From the NCBI RefSeq assembly GCF_009834535.1, contig NC_045720.1, forward strand, positions 32,364,001-32,428,000: a DNA stretch of 64,000 nucleotides, given 5' to 3'. The stretch's first letter is position 1. Each line of letters starts with the position of its first letter. The notes below the pieces were generated by a model that was given only the letters and a program-made list of their open reading frames with translations, searched no databases and was not told the origin of the DNA. This DNA comes from Camelus ferus. Lineage: Eukaryota. The position numbers and the translations under genes are program-made. Below are positions 23,201 through 35,876 of the stretch, piece by piece.

Positions 23201-24499
23201 CTGAATGTTTCCATATTTAGAAGGCATTGATGGGAAGGAGGGAAGGCTGGGGCTGTAGTGGTGGCTGTGAGAAAGGGGGGGTAGGTTTGAGCCCCACCCC
23301 GCTCTCACTGCCTTCATCATACAGTAATAACATGTGAAAGGAAGAACCAAAGGCTCATACCATGTGAAAGACGCATTTTATATCAAAGGAAGAACCAAAG
23401 TTTGTTTCCTGATTGGATATGGGAACAGAGAAGGAATCTAGCTTGACCACTTGAATGGCAGATAATATTAACCATGGGCACGTTGAGGGCTTTAAACACG
23501 ATGTATTCTCACTTGCATACTTACTGCTTTTGCAGGTAATACCATTATAATCGGAGCGTTTCCTCTAATGAGATGAATTTCCTCTGTCTTAGCAGTGCTT
23601 ACAATGACAAGTCTTTTAGGATGAAAGCACCATGACAAGTTATCTAGCGCAGATGGGCTTCTTGTATATAACAATTCTGTTAAGGAAAAAAAGTTCATGA
23701 ATTTGTGTAAAGCTTATCACCAGTAACCTACTGATTAACTTCAAAGTTCAGCCCTGAGAAAGGTAAACTGCATCCTACTACAATATTTCAGGCATATATA
23801 GGCAATGAGGGATTTTTTTTTTAACTGTTTAGATCCTGAGAAGAAATCTCAATGGAAAAAATTCCCCCATTCTGCATGCCATGCAATGACATCCTTTCAG
23901 TTCATATCTGAGGGTGATAATGTGCATAGACAGTACTATCCACATTTGCTTGTATTTAATTAATGTCCAATTTATTATAATTGTAAATGGGGAAAATTTA
24001 TTTTTCTTAAGCTCCTAGGTCCAATTTGTTATTTTGTTAATAAATCTTGTGAATTTTTGTAGAAGTTAAGCAAAATTGCTTTCTCTTGCTTTTTAAATCA
24101 ATGTTCCATTAACTTACAAATTCAACAGATTAAATTCCCCTAGCTAAAACTAGTTTATTGAGTTTCCTGAAACATTTCAAAGTGCTATTACAAGTTTAAT
24201 ACCATAGCATCACATCTAAGATACCATCAATTGTAAGATGCACCATTATTTCATGTAGTGTCATGAAAGGAAAAATACTGCCAATGCTATCTTACCACAT
24301 TGATCGTAAGTCACTCTCAGGTGGCAGATTTGTTAAAATGAGAAGAAAAATGCATCTTGGACTTGAAAAACTATTGTATATCTGAATATCTTAAGTAGTG
24401 CAAATGCAGGGCATTTTGTGTGTTAGGTTTGAACCAGACAAAATCCTTCTAAGCATTTAAGCCACTCTTGTAAATCTAAATACATTAGATTAATATACA

Positions 24500-24863
24500 T
24501 GCTATGGCCTGAATATTTGTTATCCCCTCCTTATTATTCAGATGTTGGAATCCTAACTCCCAAGGTGATGATATTAGGTGGTGGGCTTTTAGGAGGTGAT
24601 GAGGTCATGAAGGCTGAGCCCTTATGAACAGGATTAGTGCCCGTGTAACGGAAGCCTGAGAGTTCCCTTATCCCTTCCCCCTGTGAGGACTCAGCAAAAA
24701 GACGGTCATCTGTGAACCAGGAAGTGGTCTTTTACCAGACAATAAATTCGCTGGCACCTTGGTCGTGGGCTTTCCAACCTGCAGAACTGTGAGAACTGTG
24801 TCTGTTGTATATGAGCCACCCAGAGTGGTATTTTTGTTATAGTAGCGTGAACAGATTAAGACA
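24500..24863 (+). mobile_element. MLT1A-type MaLR solo LTR, full length
   Basis: TGCTATGG...AAGACA termini; TSD ATACA/GTACA. Confidence 0.9.
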
Positions 24864-25261
24864 GTACAGATTTCTAAATGTAGTCTGTCTCAAGTGTTTA
24901 AATACTGTTTATAAATGTAGACAAATTCAGTTATACTTTCTAAAATAATTAAAAAATGAGATGGAAAATTTCAGTAACTCATAGGGCTCATGGGTCAGTT
25001 TCTGTAATATGTCAGATTCTCTTAAACATTTCGAACACCTAAGGTTGCAAATGGACCAATATTTTCTTGATAGTTATAAAACTTATTCCTAAACTTAACA
25101 CAAAAGAATTAATAATGGGTTTGGTTACTTCATCATCATTATTCTTATTTCAATGCCTTCTTAGTGTTACTGAATCACTTATCCAATGAGCATACTTACC
25201 ATCTCATTTGGGCTGGGGTCACTAGTTCCTAGACACCCCTCCACTGGACTGTAAATTAGAT

Positions 25262-25773
25262 CAGTGGGTCTTAAACTTTTTGGTGTCAAGACGCTTTTAT
25301 ACTCTTAAAAATTATTGAGAACCCCAAAGAGATTTTGTTTATGTGTTTATAACTATTAATATTCACTGTAACAGAAATTAAATGTGAGAAAATTTTAAGT
25401 GTTACTAACTAATTTAAAAATAATAGTCATAAACCCATTACATATTAACATAAATCATACGTTTTTATAGATAAAGCTATTTTCTCCAAATCATAAAAAA
25501 ATTTCTTTAAAAAACTAGTGTGAAAAGTGGCATTGTTTTACATTTTTGTAAATCTTTTAAATATCTGCTTTAATAATGAAAATTGGATTCTCATACCTGC
25601 TTCAACAGCGATATCCCAGGTCATGTAGCCTCTGGAATATTTCACTGTATTCTAGTGAGAGATTGAGAGAGAAAAAGGCAAGAATGTACTAGTTTTATTA
25701 TAAAAAGTTTTGACGTCATAAACCCCCCTGAAAGGGACTCAGACACCCCTGGACCACACTTTGAGAACCACTG
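25262..25773. mobile_element. hAT-Charlie non-autonomous DNA transposon (Charlie4a/MER119-like)
   Basis: TIRs CAGTGGGTCTTAAACT and ACTTTGAGAACCACTG; degenerate 8-bp TSD AATTAGAT/AGTCAGAG. Confidence 0.8.
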
Positions 25774-26479
25774 AGTCAGAGAATAATGAGTTAAATGGTC
25801 AGGCCGGGAGCTGGGTGCTACGTGCCGGGATAATTCTACCCAGGCCCCAGGTTAACACGCAGAGCTTCCTCTCACAGCAGACTTGTCTGCTGTGCCAACA
25901 GGGGCCAGTCCATGCCTTTCATCATGCGTCCCCTCCGCGTCTTTTAATTTTCATCCTTAATTTTTTTTCAACTTTTCATCAGTTGATTTAGGAGGATGGG
26001 ACTCTTTTGACTGCATGATTAGGATTCACTGGACCCTGCAGTCTCTCATCTAGGTTGTAACGCTTTGCTCTGCCGTCTAGTTGGACTGTGCCTTGTTTTC
26101 ACATTTTTCTTTTCCAGCTCTTGACCATAATTCTGTAGTCAATTTACTGCTAGGGCCTAAAGTCCTATTCTGTTGCCTATAGCAGTCAAGCCTCCAAGCA
26201 CCACTGTGCTGTCTGTAATCAGCAGAAGCTGGACGATCGTGTGTTAGAGAAACTGTAGAAGTAACTCCCTCATTAGACAGGGGATTGGACAAGCCCGCCG
26301 AGCTCAAAGTTCTCTTTTCATTCAGAGAGTCTACGCTGCTGCTCTTTTTCCTCTCAACCCTGAAAACCTGCAGACTGCTCTGAGGACCACTCGAGGTCAA
26401 GCTGTCTGTTCGCTTTCCTGATACTCAGTCTCTTCTTTTCTCTTTGTCACAGAAACCCAACTGTGTTAGTGTCCTGTGT

Positions 26480-27020
26480 CCAGTTAAAAAGACACAATAC
26501 CCAGGAACTTTTGGTCACGAGGGATGGCCTTGTGCCTGATTCTGGCCAAGAGGTATAAGCAGAAGTCCAGAGGTGGGGGTTCTGGGAAAGTGAGTATTTC
26601 TCATACATATATAAAAATATGTTTATATATATATAAATATAATATAATATATAATACATAATATAATATAAAAGTATATTATATAATACACATTATATAA
26701 GATATAAATATATAAAAGTATTTTATATATATGTATAAGAAGAGCACACTTAGAAAATATGTGTGTTTTGACTTCTCCCTATCTGGAATGTAGATGTAAT
26801 ACCTGGAGATGGAGTAACCCTCTATGACCATGAAGAAAGAAGAGAACCACATGCTGAAGACTGAGCAGGAGGCTAAAGGACGCCGAGGCCTTGATGACAT
26901 CTGCGAATAAATGCATGAGGCCTGGTCTACCTGCTTTTGGACTTGTTACACCAGAAAAAGAATCCTTCTTTAAGATGCTGTAATTGAGTTCCTGTTACAT
27001 GCAGGCGAAATGTACCGTTA
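26480..27020 (+). mobile_element. MLT1J-type MaLR LTR interrupted by an AT-rich tract
   Basis: TTCTGGCCAAGAGGTATAAGCAGAAGTC at the 5' side; GAGGCCTTGATGACATC...CTGTTACATGCAG at the 3' side. Confidence 0.65.
26605..26735. repeat. Degenerate (TA)n / AT-rich low-complexity tract
   Basis: Almost entirely A/T with TATA/TAATA periodicity. Confidence 0.9.
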
Positions 27021-27119
27021 ATTGTCTAACACATTTTCTGCTCACACGTTGTGGCAGCTAGTGCATTCTGCTGGTGCTTTAGCCTGTCGTTTGGCCACTG
27101 GAAGTGGATGTTAATAACA

Positions 27120-27260
27120 TGGTACAGGGCAGAGCGGCTTCAGGGTCAGCTGGAAGAATCCTGGCTGTGTGGCCTCAGGCAAGTTATTTAATCCCCTGGA
27201 GTCTAAGTCTTCTCATCCACTGAAATGAGACTAAGATTTAATGTCTCTTGGTTCTGGAGT
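27120..27260 (+). mobile_element. MIR fragment
   Basis: GGCTGTGTGGCCTCAGGCAAGTTATTTAATCCCCTGGAGTCTAAGTCTTCTCATC. Confidence 0.7.
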
Positions 27261-27619
27261 AACAAAAACATAACAGGGTTTGGGTCTGCTAATGCTTAGG
27301 CAAATATTTGTACAGTAAGTGAGGTAGGGTGGGGTTGCCTGTGACAACTGTGGGGCTGTGCAGACGGCAAAGGTGGTGTCCTGCTGATCTATGGAAACCC
27401 TGAAGGGTGACCCTGGAAGGGAAGATCAATCAAGATGATGACAGTAGCTAATATATCTTGGGCACCTACTACGTGCTAGTCACTGTGGTGAGCACTTCGT
27501 ATGCATTGTCTCATTTTGAACACTCAAGAACTATATGGTAGCTGCCGTTATGATCTTCAGTTTACGGATAAAGAAATGGCACTACTACTGCGTGTCTCTT
27601 TCCAACTCAACTCTAGCCT

Positions 27620-28240
27620 CCGTGTACCAGGAGGTCACATTGGTAGCTTGAAACTGGCCATGGTGCTCCCATGGAAATTTAGACTGCAAAATCTGCAAAT
27701 GCTACCAATTAGGGCCTGACTGATTGTTTTGACTTCCAGGGATGGAGAAATGATTAATAACGCAGATCAAACTTAAAATTGTTGTGACTGTAATGGTTAC
27801 ACTGTGACTAGCACAAAAAATGGAGGAACTATTTTTCTAGTATTCAAAAACTATGATCTTATTTAGCAAAGGACTGATTGACGCCATTGATGAGTGGATC
27901 AAATTCTGACATGTCTTCGTTGTTTCACTTTCATGCTTCATAAATGAAAATATCCGCCAACATTCATACTGGAAGTACAGTCTTTCCTCCGTTGCAACCA
28001 TACCTGGGTTACAGATACGAGTTCACCAAAATGCCAGCAAAAACATTCTGTAGGAATCAGTTGCCCACATGGAGTTTTTAATAAGTAATATTGTAATTTA
28101 TTTATTGTAATTTATTTGAATAAATTCAAATTTATTGAATTTTCAGTAGAGAATATTGTATATTTATTATTATTTGTAAATTGTGTTACACATCCTTATG
28201 TCAGTAATTTATAACAAATGTATGTGCCCATATATACACA
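27620..28240 (+). mobile_element. MER63-like hAT (Blackjack) DNA transposon
   Basis: TTGGTAGCTTGAAACTGGCCATGGTG...ATGGAAAT...CAAATGCTACCAATTAGGGC...TTGTAAATTGTGTTACACATCC. Confidence 0.7.
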
Positions 28241-28623
28241 AATAGCTTTGCAGTCATAGCTCAAGAACGAAAGATGTACTTTTAAAATCTAATGTCCATC
28301 TTCCCTGATCAAACTATAAAACTACATAAAGGCAAGAACACCTCTAGCTTATCCATAGCTGTTTTCTCAGAGCCTAGCCCAGTGTCTGGCGTGTGGTAGA
28401 TACTCAACAAATATTTCCTGAATGAATGGATGGATGAATCAGTGAATCCAAATCCTAACTTTCATTTTCCTGCTGCCCGAGAGTCCATTATATATTCTCT
28501 TACATTTAGCACTATTTTCATGGCAGTTTTTGCAATTTTTTTGGCATCTAAAAATTAATCCAGTGATGCTGCTAATACTGTTTTTTTTTTCTGATAACGA
28601 AGTCTGATTAAATGGTATCATTT

Positions 28624-28740
28624 AGGAGGGAGGTAGGTATAGCTCAGTGGTAGAGCATGTTCTTAGCATACACAGGGTCCTAGGCTCAATCCCCAGTACT
28701 TCTATTAAAAAAATTGAAAAAAAAAAAGTACAAATTAAAA
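28624..28740 (+). mobile_element. Vic-1-type SINE
   Basis: GGTATAGCTCAGTGGTAGAGC...TTAGCAT...GGCTCAATCCCCAGTAC plus A-rich tail; partial TSD TAAATGGTA. Confidence 0.88.
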
Positions 28741-29364
28741 ATAAATGGTAAAAAATCAATTATTTAATGCATCCACTTCATTAGTATTTTCATATTGTTT
28801 TATCTAAATGACTCTGTAAATAACTCATTGTGCAATGTAAGGCAGCATAATGCAAACATTTTGTCTGTAAGACACGGTAAGAAATAAATTTAGATGGCAA
28901 CTCTCTAATGCATATGTACACATTTGTATTTGTATGCCTAATGCAATATATTTGTGTATGTGTATTTATTTTGTAAACTTTTAAACAATTGAAGTATTTG
29001 TTTTTTATCTATTTTATGTGTGTGTATTTAAATAAACGTTTCCTAATACTTAATACATGGAATGCACTCTGATATTTTCTACCCTGGAGTAGTCTGTTCT
29101 ATTTTATTTTTTGAAAATTTCTAGTTGTGCCCCAACAGATTGATTTTGGAATTAGTGGGTCTCAGCCTGTTTTTGAAAAAACACCTGTCTTTGAAGATAG
29201 CTCTCACCCAGAAGGCAGGATGTCCTGTTTCATGACTAATTTTAGACAACTCACTAACTGTTCCATATCTTCATTTCTCCATTGATAAAGTGGAAAGAGG
29301 TCATGAGATTAAGCATAATTTCTGTGAGGAGGTGGCAGAGGAAGACTAGGCTTGTTGAAGTGTT

Positions 29365-29680
29365 GAATGAACCTCTGAATCTCAGTGGCTTAGCACAATG
29401 TGGTCAACCTTTTGCTCACAGGCAGTTTGATGAAAGTTGGGTGACTTTCCAGGGTACCTGTCCTCCTTGTCATGACCTACCACTCCAGGCTGCCCCTACC
29501 TTGTGAACCATCTTGTCAACACGTGACTTCCGTGACTTTCAAGGCAGGGAAGGAAAGAGGTGGATGGTGGCACTGTCTCTTACATGCTTCCTCCTGGAAG
29601 TAACACTTTTCTCTTCCCAGCCCATTGGCCAGAACCAATCATATGACCCTGTCTAATTGTAAGGTAGGTTGGAAAATTTG
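29365..29680 (-). mobile_element. MLT1K/L-type MaLR LTR
   Basis: CTCAGTGGCTTAGCACAA...CCCATTGGCCAGAACCAATCATATGACCC...TGTAAGGTAGGTTGGAAAA. Confidence 0.65.
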
Positions 29681-31877
29681 GGAGACAACATGGATATTCT
29701 ATCAATACTAGATATCTCAGGGAGTTTCCTGGTAAATAAATAAATAAAATAAATATTCAAATTTAGGTTCCACTTTTATATTCTCTCATAGCACCCTATA
29801 GTTTCCTTTCTAGGAGTCTTCAGAATTGTAGTTACATTAGTTCCTACTTTCTTATTATGGTCAAATTATCTGTTTAGTTACTTGTCTTCATGTCGGCAGG
29901 TACCATCTGCTTTATTCATGGTTGTATTCCCAGTGCCTAACACAGTGCATGGCATATAATATGGTAGTTTGTCAAATTTACTGCTGTATTTGTTACATGA
30001 ATGAGTAAATACATAATCTACCTTACTAAAGGAAATATACATAATCTACATTTCCTATAGTAGGGAAGAGAGTTATGTAAGAGCGTGATGAGTACGTGCT
30101 TTTAAAAATTGCAAATAAGGATGACAGCATCCACATTATCAGTAATCCCATGGAGTGATGGTGGACTTGATTTGCTTGATTTGTTGTTTGCTTTTCTGTT
30201 AACAATTTGATGTTTATTATTCCTCTGATTGCATACAAAACAGTGACACATTCTCCTTCGGTGGAAAACATTGATAAAACAGAAAATCTACAATAACAAT
30301 TTTAGATGTCCTAATTTACCTACATTTATGTTACTATATATATTTTCTCAGTTTTCATTATTCTTTCTTTTTTTTTTTAACCCCTTTGGGTATTATTAGA
30401 GAATCTATGTGGGGTTTTTTCTTCTCAAGATTTTTATTTTTTACAAAGAGTATTTGAATTAAACAGTGATTGATTCTGAATTTTCTCTACTCTTTTAATT
30501 TTTTTACCTTTATTACCATGTAATAGGTTTGGAATTCAGTAAAACTTTGATAAAACAACTTTGGTTGTTATCTTTCATGATGGAGAAAGGGCTATTGAAA
30601 ATCTATACTGCAAAGGATTTCTCCATGAATCTAACAAGATTTAAAAATTACCTTTTTAAATGATCAAGTATTTTATCTCTGGTGTCTGAGGAATCCTTGT
30701 GAATACTGTATCTTTGTTTCTTTGAAATGAGTAGAGAATTAGGCTGGTTTCTTGCTGTATAAAAAGCGATTTCCACCCAGAACAGAATGTTTAGGAGAGA
30801 TAACAGTTTTCATCCTCAAAGCTGTATGTTCAAGTCAGAGACTTAATGTCTGGGTTGTTAGATACAAGCAGAATCATAAAGATAACTTTCCTGAGTTACA
30901 TTCAGGGGAAAAGATAATATTGGCTTTAAATTAGACCAAGGATAAACTCCAGACCAATTTTTAAAAACTTGGTAATAAGTCATTCTAAGCTTGATTCATT
31001 CTGTTTCTGAAAACCCTCTTTACTATCCAACGAGACACTTTAATTCCTTTGAAGCTGTGGGTGATTTGGAGTTGATGTCGCTCCACGTTAAGCTTACTAG
31101 TTGTTCCCCAGGTACTATAAAGACGGACAAACAATCCAGTGCTGGTGTCAGCCTGACCAGTGTGTGGCCGACACTACTCTTTCTTCCAGATGGTCTCACA
31201 GGCGGGCCAGCTGGACCACTGCCAGCATCCCCTGATTGCTGTTGGAAGTGGACCAAACTTCATCATACATCAGGAGATCTAAGAAGCAGACTGTTCTCCA
31301 TTGTTCAAGTTTTTCTATTCAAATTCATATTCCCTTAAGGACCATATGTCCTTTTGCCTGTCTACAAGTATTATGCCTGCTTTTTCATTCCCTGAAAGGC
31401 TGGGTAATACTTTTGAGGGGATAGTGTGTTGGCTTAAATAGGCTTTTTACTGTGAAGAGAAGTAGTGATACATTTTCCTTGGCATGGCTTGGACATGCTA
31501 TTGTTTTCCCAATTGTTTTTTGTTATGTATTTTGGAGATTTCAAAGTTTTTAAATGACTGAAACCCAGATGCCAACTGTCCCCAGGGACTGCTTCTGTTC
31601 TCACTTCATGCAAACCTAGACACAGGACTCAGCACCATTATACAGTCTTTAGAAAATCCACAATAGGATGGTGGTTAATAAAGTGAACTCAATCTTTGTT
31701 CTGGCTGTGGGACCTTCAGTATGTTAATTACCCTCCCATTCTCCTTACCGCAAAAATGGAGATGATGGCAATAGTATCTAGCTCACAGTGTTGTTGTCAA
31801 CATCAAATTAAAAAATTCATGTCAAGTGTCTAATAAATTGCGGGTGTCTATTAGTGGGCAGTATAGAGTTTAGAAAT

Positions 31878-32590
31878 TTTTTATTAAAGAAAATTTGAAA
31901 CGTATAAAAGTAGAGAGAAAAGTACAATGTACCCTCTTGTACTTATTTCCTAGGTTTGGTGATGTTTACCTTGTGGCCAATCTGATTTCATCTTATTTCC
32001 CATTCCTTTCCCCAGTATTCATCTGAAGCAGATCTCAGATATCATTCCTTTTTACCTCTAAATATTTTAGTATATGTTTCTAAAAGATAAAGAAAAGCCT
32101 CAAGTTTTAAAATATTATCGGTGCCCTCATAAGGTGATGGGGAGCTTGATTGCCAGCTGTCATTCTTTTAGCAGCTCAACACCTATTTTCTCTCTGCATG
32201 CAAAATATTGACATGTTCTCTTCAGCAGAAAAAAATGGATGAAATAGAAAATCTATTTTCTGTTTAAAATAAAAACCACAATACCATTATTAATATTGGT
32301 CAAAATTTATAAATTTTAAAATCTCATTAAATTAATAAAAATTTCAATGTCACCATCGATTAATCCACTGTTCAAATTTCTAATTTGAAGTCATAATTTT
32401 TGAAAAAAACCTGTTTACTTGTTTGAATCTGTATCCAATTAAAGTCTACACATTGTTATTGTTGGTATGTCTCCTAAGTCCTTTTAGTCCCTGGTATTCC
32501 TCACCCTCCCTTTGTTTTTCCCCTTGCAATTTAATTGTTGAAGAATCTGGTCTTCTAAGTTTTGCTAACTGCTCACCCATAGTGTATAAC
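31878..32590 (-). mobile_element. Old L1MC4/5-type 3' end, left part
   Basis: TTTATTAAAGAAAATTTGAAACGTATAAAAGTAGAGAGAA...GTGGCCAATCTGATTTCATCT. Confidence 0.65.
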
Positions 32591-32595
32591 GTGTG

Positions 32596-32596
<1 letters not shown>

Positions 32597-32629
<33 letters not shown>
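32597..32629. repeat. (TG)~16 microsatellite
   Basis: Read directly. Confidence 0.95.
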
Positions 32630-32631
<2 letters not shown>

Positions 32632-35600
32632 TGTCTTTGGTTTCGGTATCAGGGAGATGCTGGCTTCGGATGATAAATTTAGAAGGGTTCCTTCCTCTTT
32701 AATTTTTTAGAATAGTTTGAGAAGAATAAATGTTAACTCCTCTTAAATGTTTTGTAGAATTCACCTGTGAAGCTGTCTGGTCATTGATTTTGTTTTTTGG
32801 ATTTTTTTTTAAAAATTACTGATTCAGTTTCATTACTGATAATTGGCCTATTCATGTTTTCTATTTCTTTCTGATTCAGTCTTGGAAGATTGTATGCTTC
32901 TAGAAATTTACCCATTTCTTCTGAGTTGTCCATCTTATTGGCATTTGCTATTTCATAGTAATCTCTTACGACCCTTTATATTTCTGTGGTGTTGGTTGTA
33001 ACTTCTCTTTCATTTCTGATTTGATTTATATGTGCCCTCTTTCTTTTCTTCTTGATGAGTATGGCTAAAGGTTTATCAACTTTGTTTTTTTCAAAGAACC
33101 AGCTTAGTTTCATTGATCTTTTCAGGGATTTAAAAAATCTTTATTTCATGGATTTCTATTCTTATCTTTATGACTTCTTTCTTTCTACTACCTGCATTTT
33201 GTTTGTTCTTCTTTTTCTAGTTCCTTCAGGTTTAAGTTTAGATTGTTTGGGATTTTCCTTCTTTCTTGAGGTAGACTTGTGTTGCTGTCAACTTCCCTCT
33301 TAGAAGTGCTTTTGCTGCATCACACAGATTGTCTGCAGGTACTTTTTGATTTTCTCTTGATTTCTTCAGTCACCCATTGGTTTTTGATAAGCTATTGTTT
33401 AGACTCCACGTTTGTGTTTTTTACATTTTTTTCCTTGTAGTTGATGTGTAGTTTCATACCATACACTTCTAGTTTCATGTCATACTTTTTCTAACCATTG
33501 TGGTTGGAAAATAGGCTTGATCTGACTTCAGTCTTCTTAAATTTATTGAGACTTGTTTTGTCACCTAGCATGTAATCTGTCCTGGAGAATGTTCCATGTG
33601 CACTTGAAAAGAACCTGTATTCTGCTGTTCTGGAATGGGATTTTTTTAATATATTAAGTCCATCTGTTCTAATGTGTTGTTAAAGGTCACTATTTTCTTA
33701 TTGATATTCTGTCTGGATGATCTGTCCATTGATGTAAGTGGGGTTTTAACCCCCTCCTAGAATTATTGTATTATTATCAGCTTCTTCCTTTCTGTTTGTT
33801 AATATTTACTTCATGTATTTAGGTGCTCCTATGTTGGGTGCACATGTATTAATAATTGTTTTTACCTTTTTGATTTAATCCCTTTATGATTAAGTAATGA
33901 CCTTTTTTGGCCTCTTATGATAGTCTTTGTTTTAAAGTCTACTTTGATATAAACGTTTCTACCTCAGTTTTCTTTTTGCTTCCATTCATATGGACTACCT
34001 TTCCCCATCTCCTCACTGTCAGTTCTGTGTGTGTCTTTAGATCTGAAGTGAATCTACTGTAGGCAGCATACAGATGCATCTTTAATTTTTTTTAAATCCA
34101 TTCAGCCACTCAGTGTCTTTTGATTGAAGCATTTAGTCCAGTTACAGTTAAAGTGATTATTTATAGGTAAGTACTAATTGTCATTTTATTAATTGTTTTT
34201 GTAGTTCTTTTTTTTCTTTTCTTCTTCTTTTCCTCTCTCCTCTTATGATTTGATGACTATCTTAAGTGTTATAATTGGATTCCTTTCTCTTTTTTGTGTG
34301 TTTATATGGTTTTGGTTGGTGGCTACTATGAGAGTTATATAAAACTACATATGTGTATATATACATATATATGATTATTTTAAGTTGATCTCTTAAATGT
34401 AAATACATTCTAGCTGTCCTGCATTTTTACTACCCCCACCGCACGTTTACTCGTTTTGACATCATATTTCACATCTTTCTGTTTTGTGTAGCCCTTAACT
34501 GCTTATTGTGGATGTTGATAATTTTACTACTTTCGTCTTTCAAGCCTCCTTCCAGCTTTATAAGTGGTTGATCTGCCTTCACTGTATGCTTGCTTTTACT
34601 GGTGAGACTTTTCCTTTCATAATTTTCATATCTCTAGTTGTGGCCTTTTCTCTGCTGCTTAGAGAAGCCTCTTTATCATCTCTGGTAAAGCCGGTTTAGT
34701 GGTGCCGAACTCTTAGCTTTTGCTTGTCTGTAAAACTCTCTATCTCTTCTTCGAATCTGAATGATGAACTTGCTAGGTAGAGTATCCTTGGTCGTAGGTT
34801 TTTACCTTTCATCATTTTAGATATATTATGCCACGCCCTTCTGGCCTGCAAATTTTCAGCTAAAAAGTCTGACAAAAGTCAGCTGAGAGTCTATTGGGAG
34901 TTCCTTTGTACAGAACTAGTTGCTTTTCTGTTTCTGCTATTAAGATTCTCTCTTTATCTTTAATTTTTGACATTTAAATTACAGTGTATCTTAGTATGGC
35001 TCTCTTTGGGTTCATCTTGTTTGGGACCCTCTGTGCTTCCTGGGCCTGGCTGTCTGCTTCCTTCCCCAGGTTGGGGAAGTTTCAGCTATTACTTCTTTGA
35101 TTGCTGCTCCTTTCCTCTGTATCACAGGATCTACTGTTGATTCCTTCTAGGGTATTTTTAATTTCAGTTTATTGTATTCTTCAGCTCTATCTGCTTCTTT
35201 TTGTTTATTTTCTAACTTGTTGAAATTCTCACCGTGTCCATCCGTTCTCCCCAGTTCAGTAAGCATCTTTATGGCCATCCCTTGAACTCTTTATTGGGTA
35301 TTGCTTATCTCCACTTCACTTAATTCTTCTGGAGTATTGTTTTGTTTTTTTTTGTTTGGAACAAAGTCCATTTTGCCCTTCATTGTCTCCTCATTTTGCC
35401 CAATTATCTTTGTTTATTTGTGCGTGTTACATTTGGCCACATTTCCCAATCTTGGAGAAGCGGCCTTATGTACGAGAAATCCTGTGGGGCCCAGCAGCAG
35501 GTTCCCCTCTGATCACCAGAGCTGTATGCCCGCGGGGTGCCCTCTGTGTGAGCTGCGTGCACCCTTCTGTTGTGGTGGGACCAACTACTGTGGGCGCACT

Positions 35601-35876
35601 GGCAGGCAGGGCCAGCCCCAGCCCAGCTGGCTGTGAGGCTGTGCCCTGTCGGGTGGCTGCGGGCCCACTGGAGAGCAGGGTTGTCTTCCTGCATGTTTGG
35701 CGGCACAGCCCTGGTTCTGGAGTGGGGCATAGGGCTGCTGCTGGCCTGTTGGTGGGCAGGACAGGGTCCTGGGCAGCTGTCTGTGCGGCCCTGGGAGGGC
35801 TTGGGGCTGGCGCCGACCTGCTGGAAGGCAGGCCTGGGTCCCTGCGTGGCTGTCTGTGCAGCCTTGGGGGCCACAG
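32630..35876 (-). mobile_element. L1 5' half (part of 5'UTR, ORF1, spacer, ORF2 endonuclease and start of RT), heavily mutated and lacking its 3' end
   Basis: Antisense ORF2 around PGPDGFTGEFY/SITLIPKP (CACCTGTGAAGCTGTCTGG, GGTTTCGGTATCAGGGAGATGCTGG), EN region near 33.5-33.9 kb, ORF1-like at 34.7-35.3 kb, GC-rich 5'UTR-like at 35.44-35.88 kb. Confidence 0.85.

Noticed and set aside
26605-26735. AT-rich tract as a structured repeat array
   Set aside because: No fixed unit or spacer pattern; ordinary decayed (TA)n. No CRISPR-like or prokaryotic features are seen anywhere in the window.
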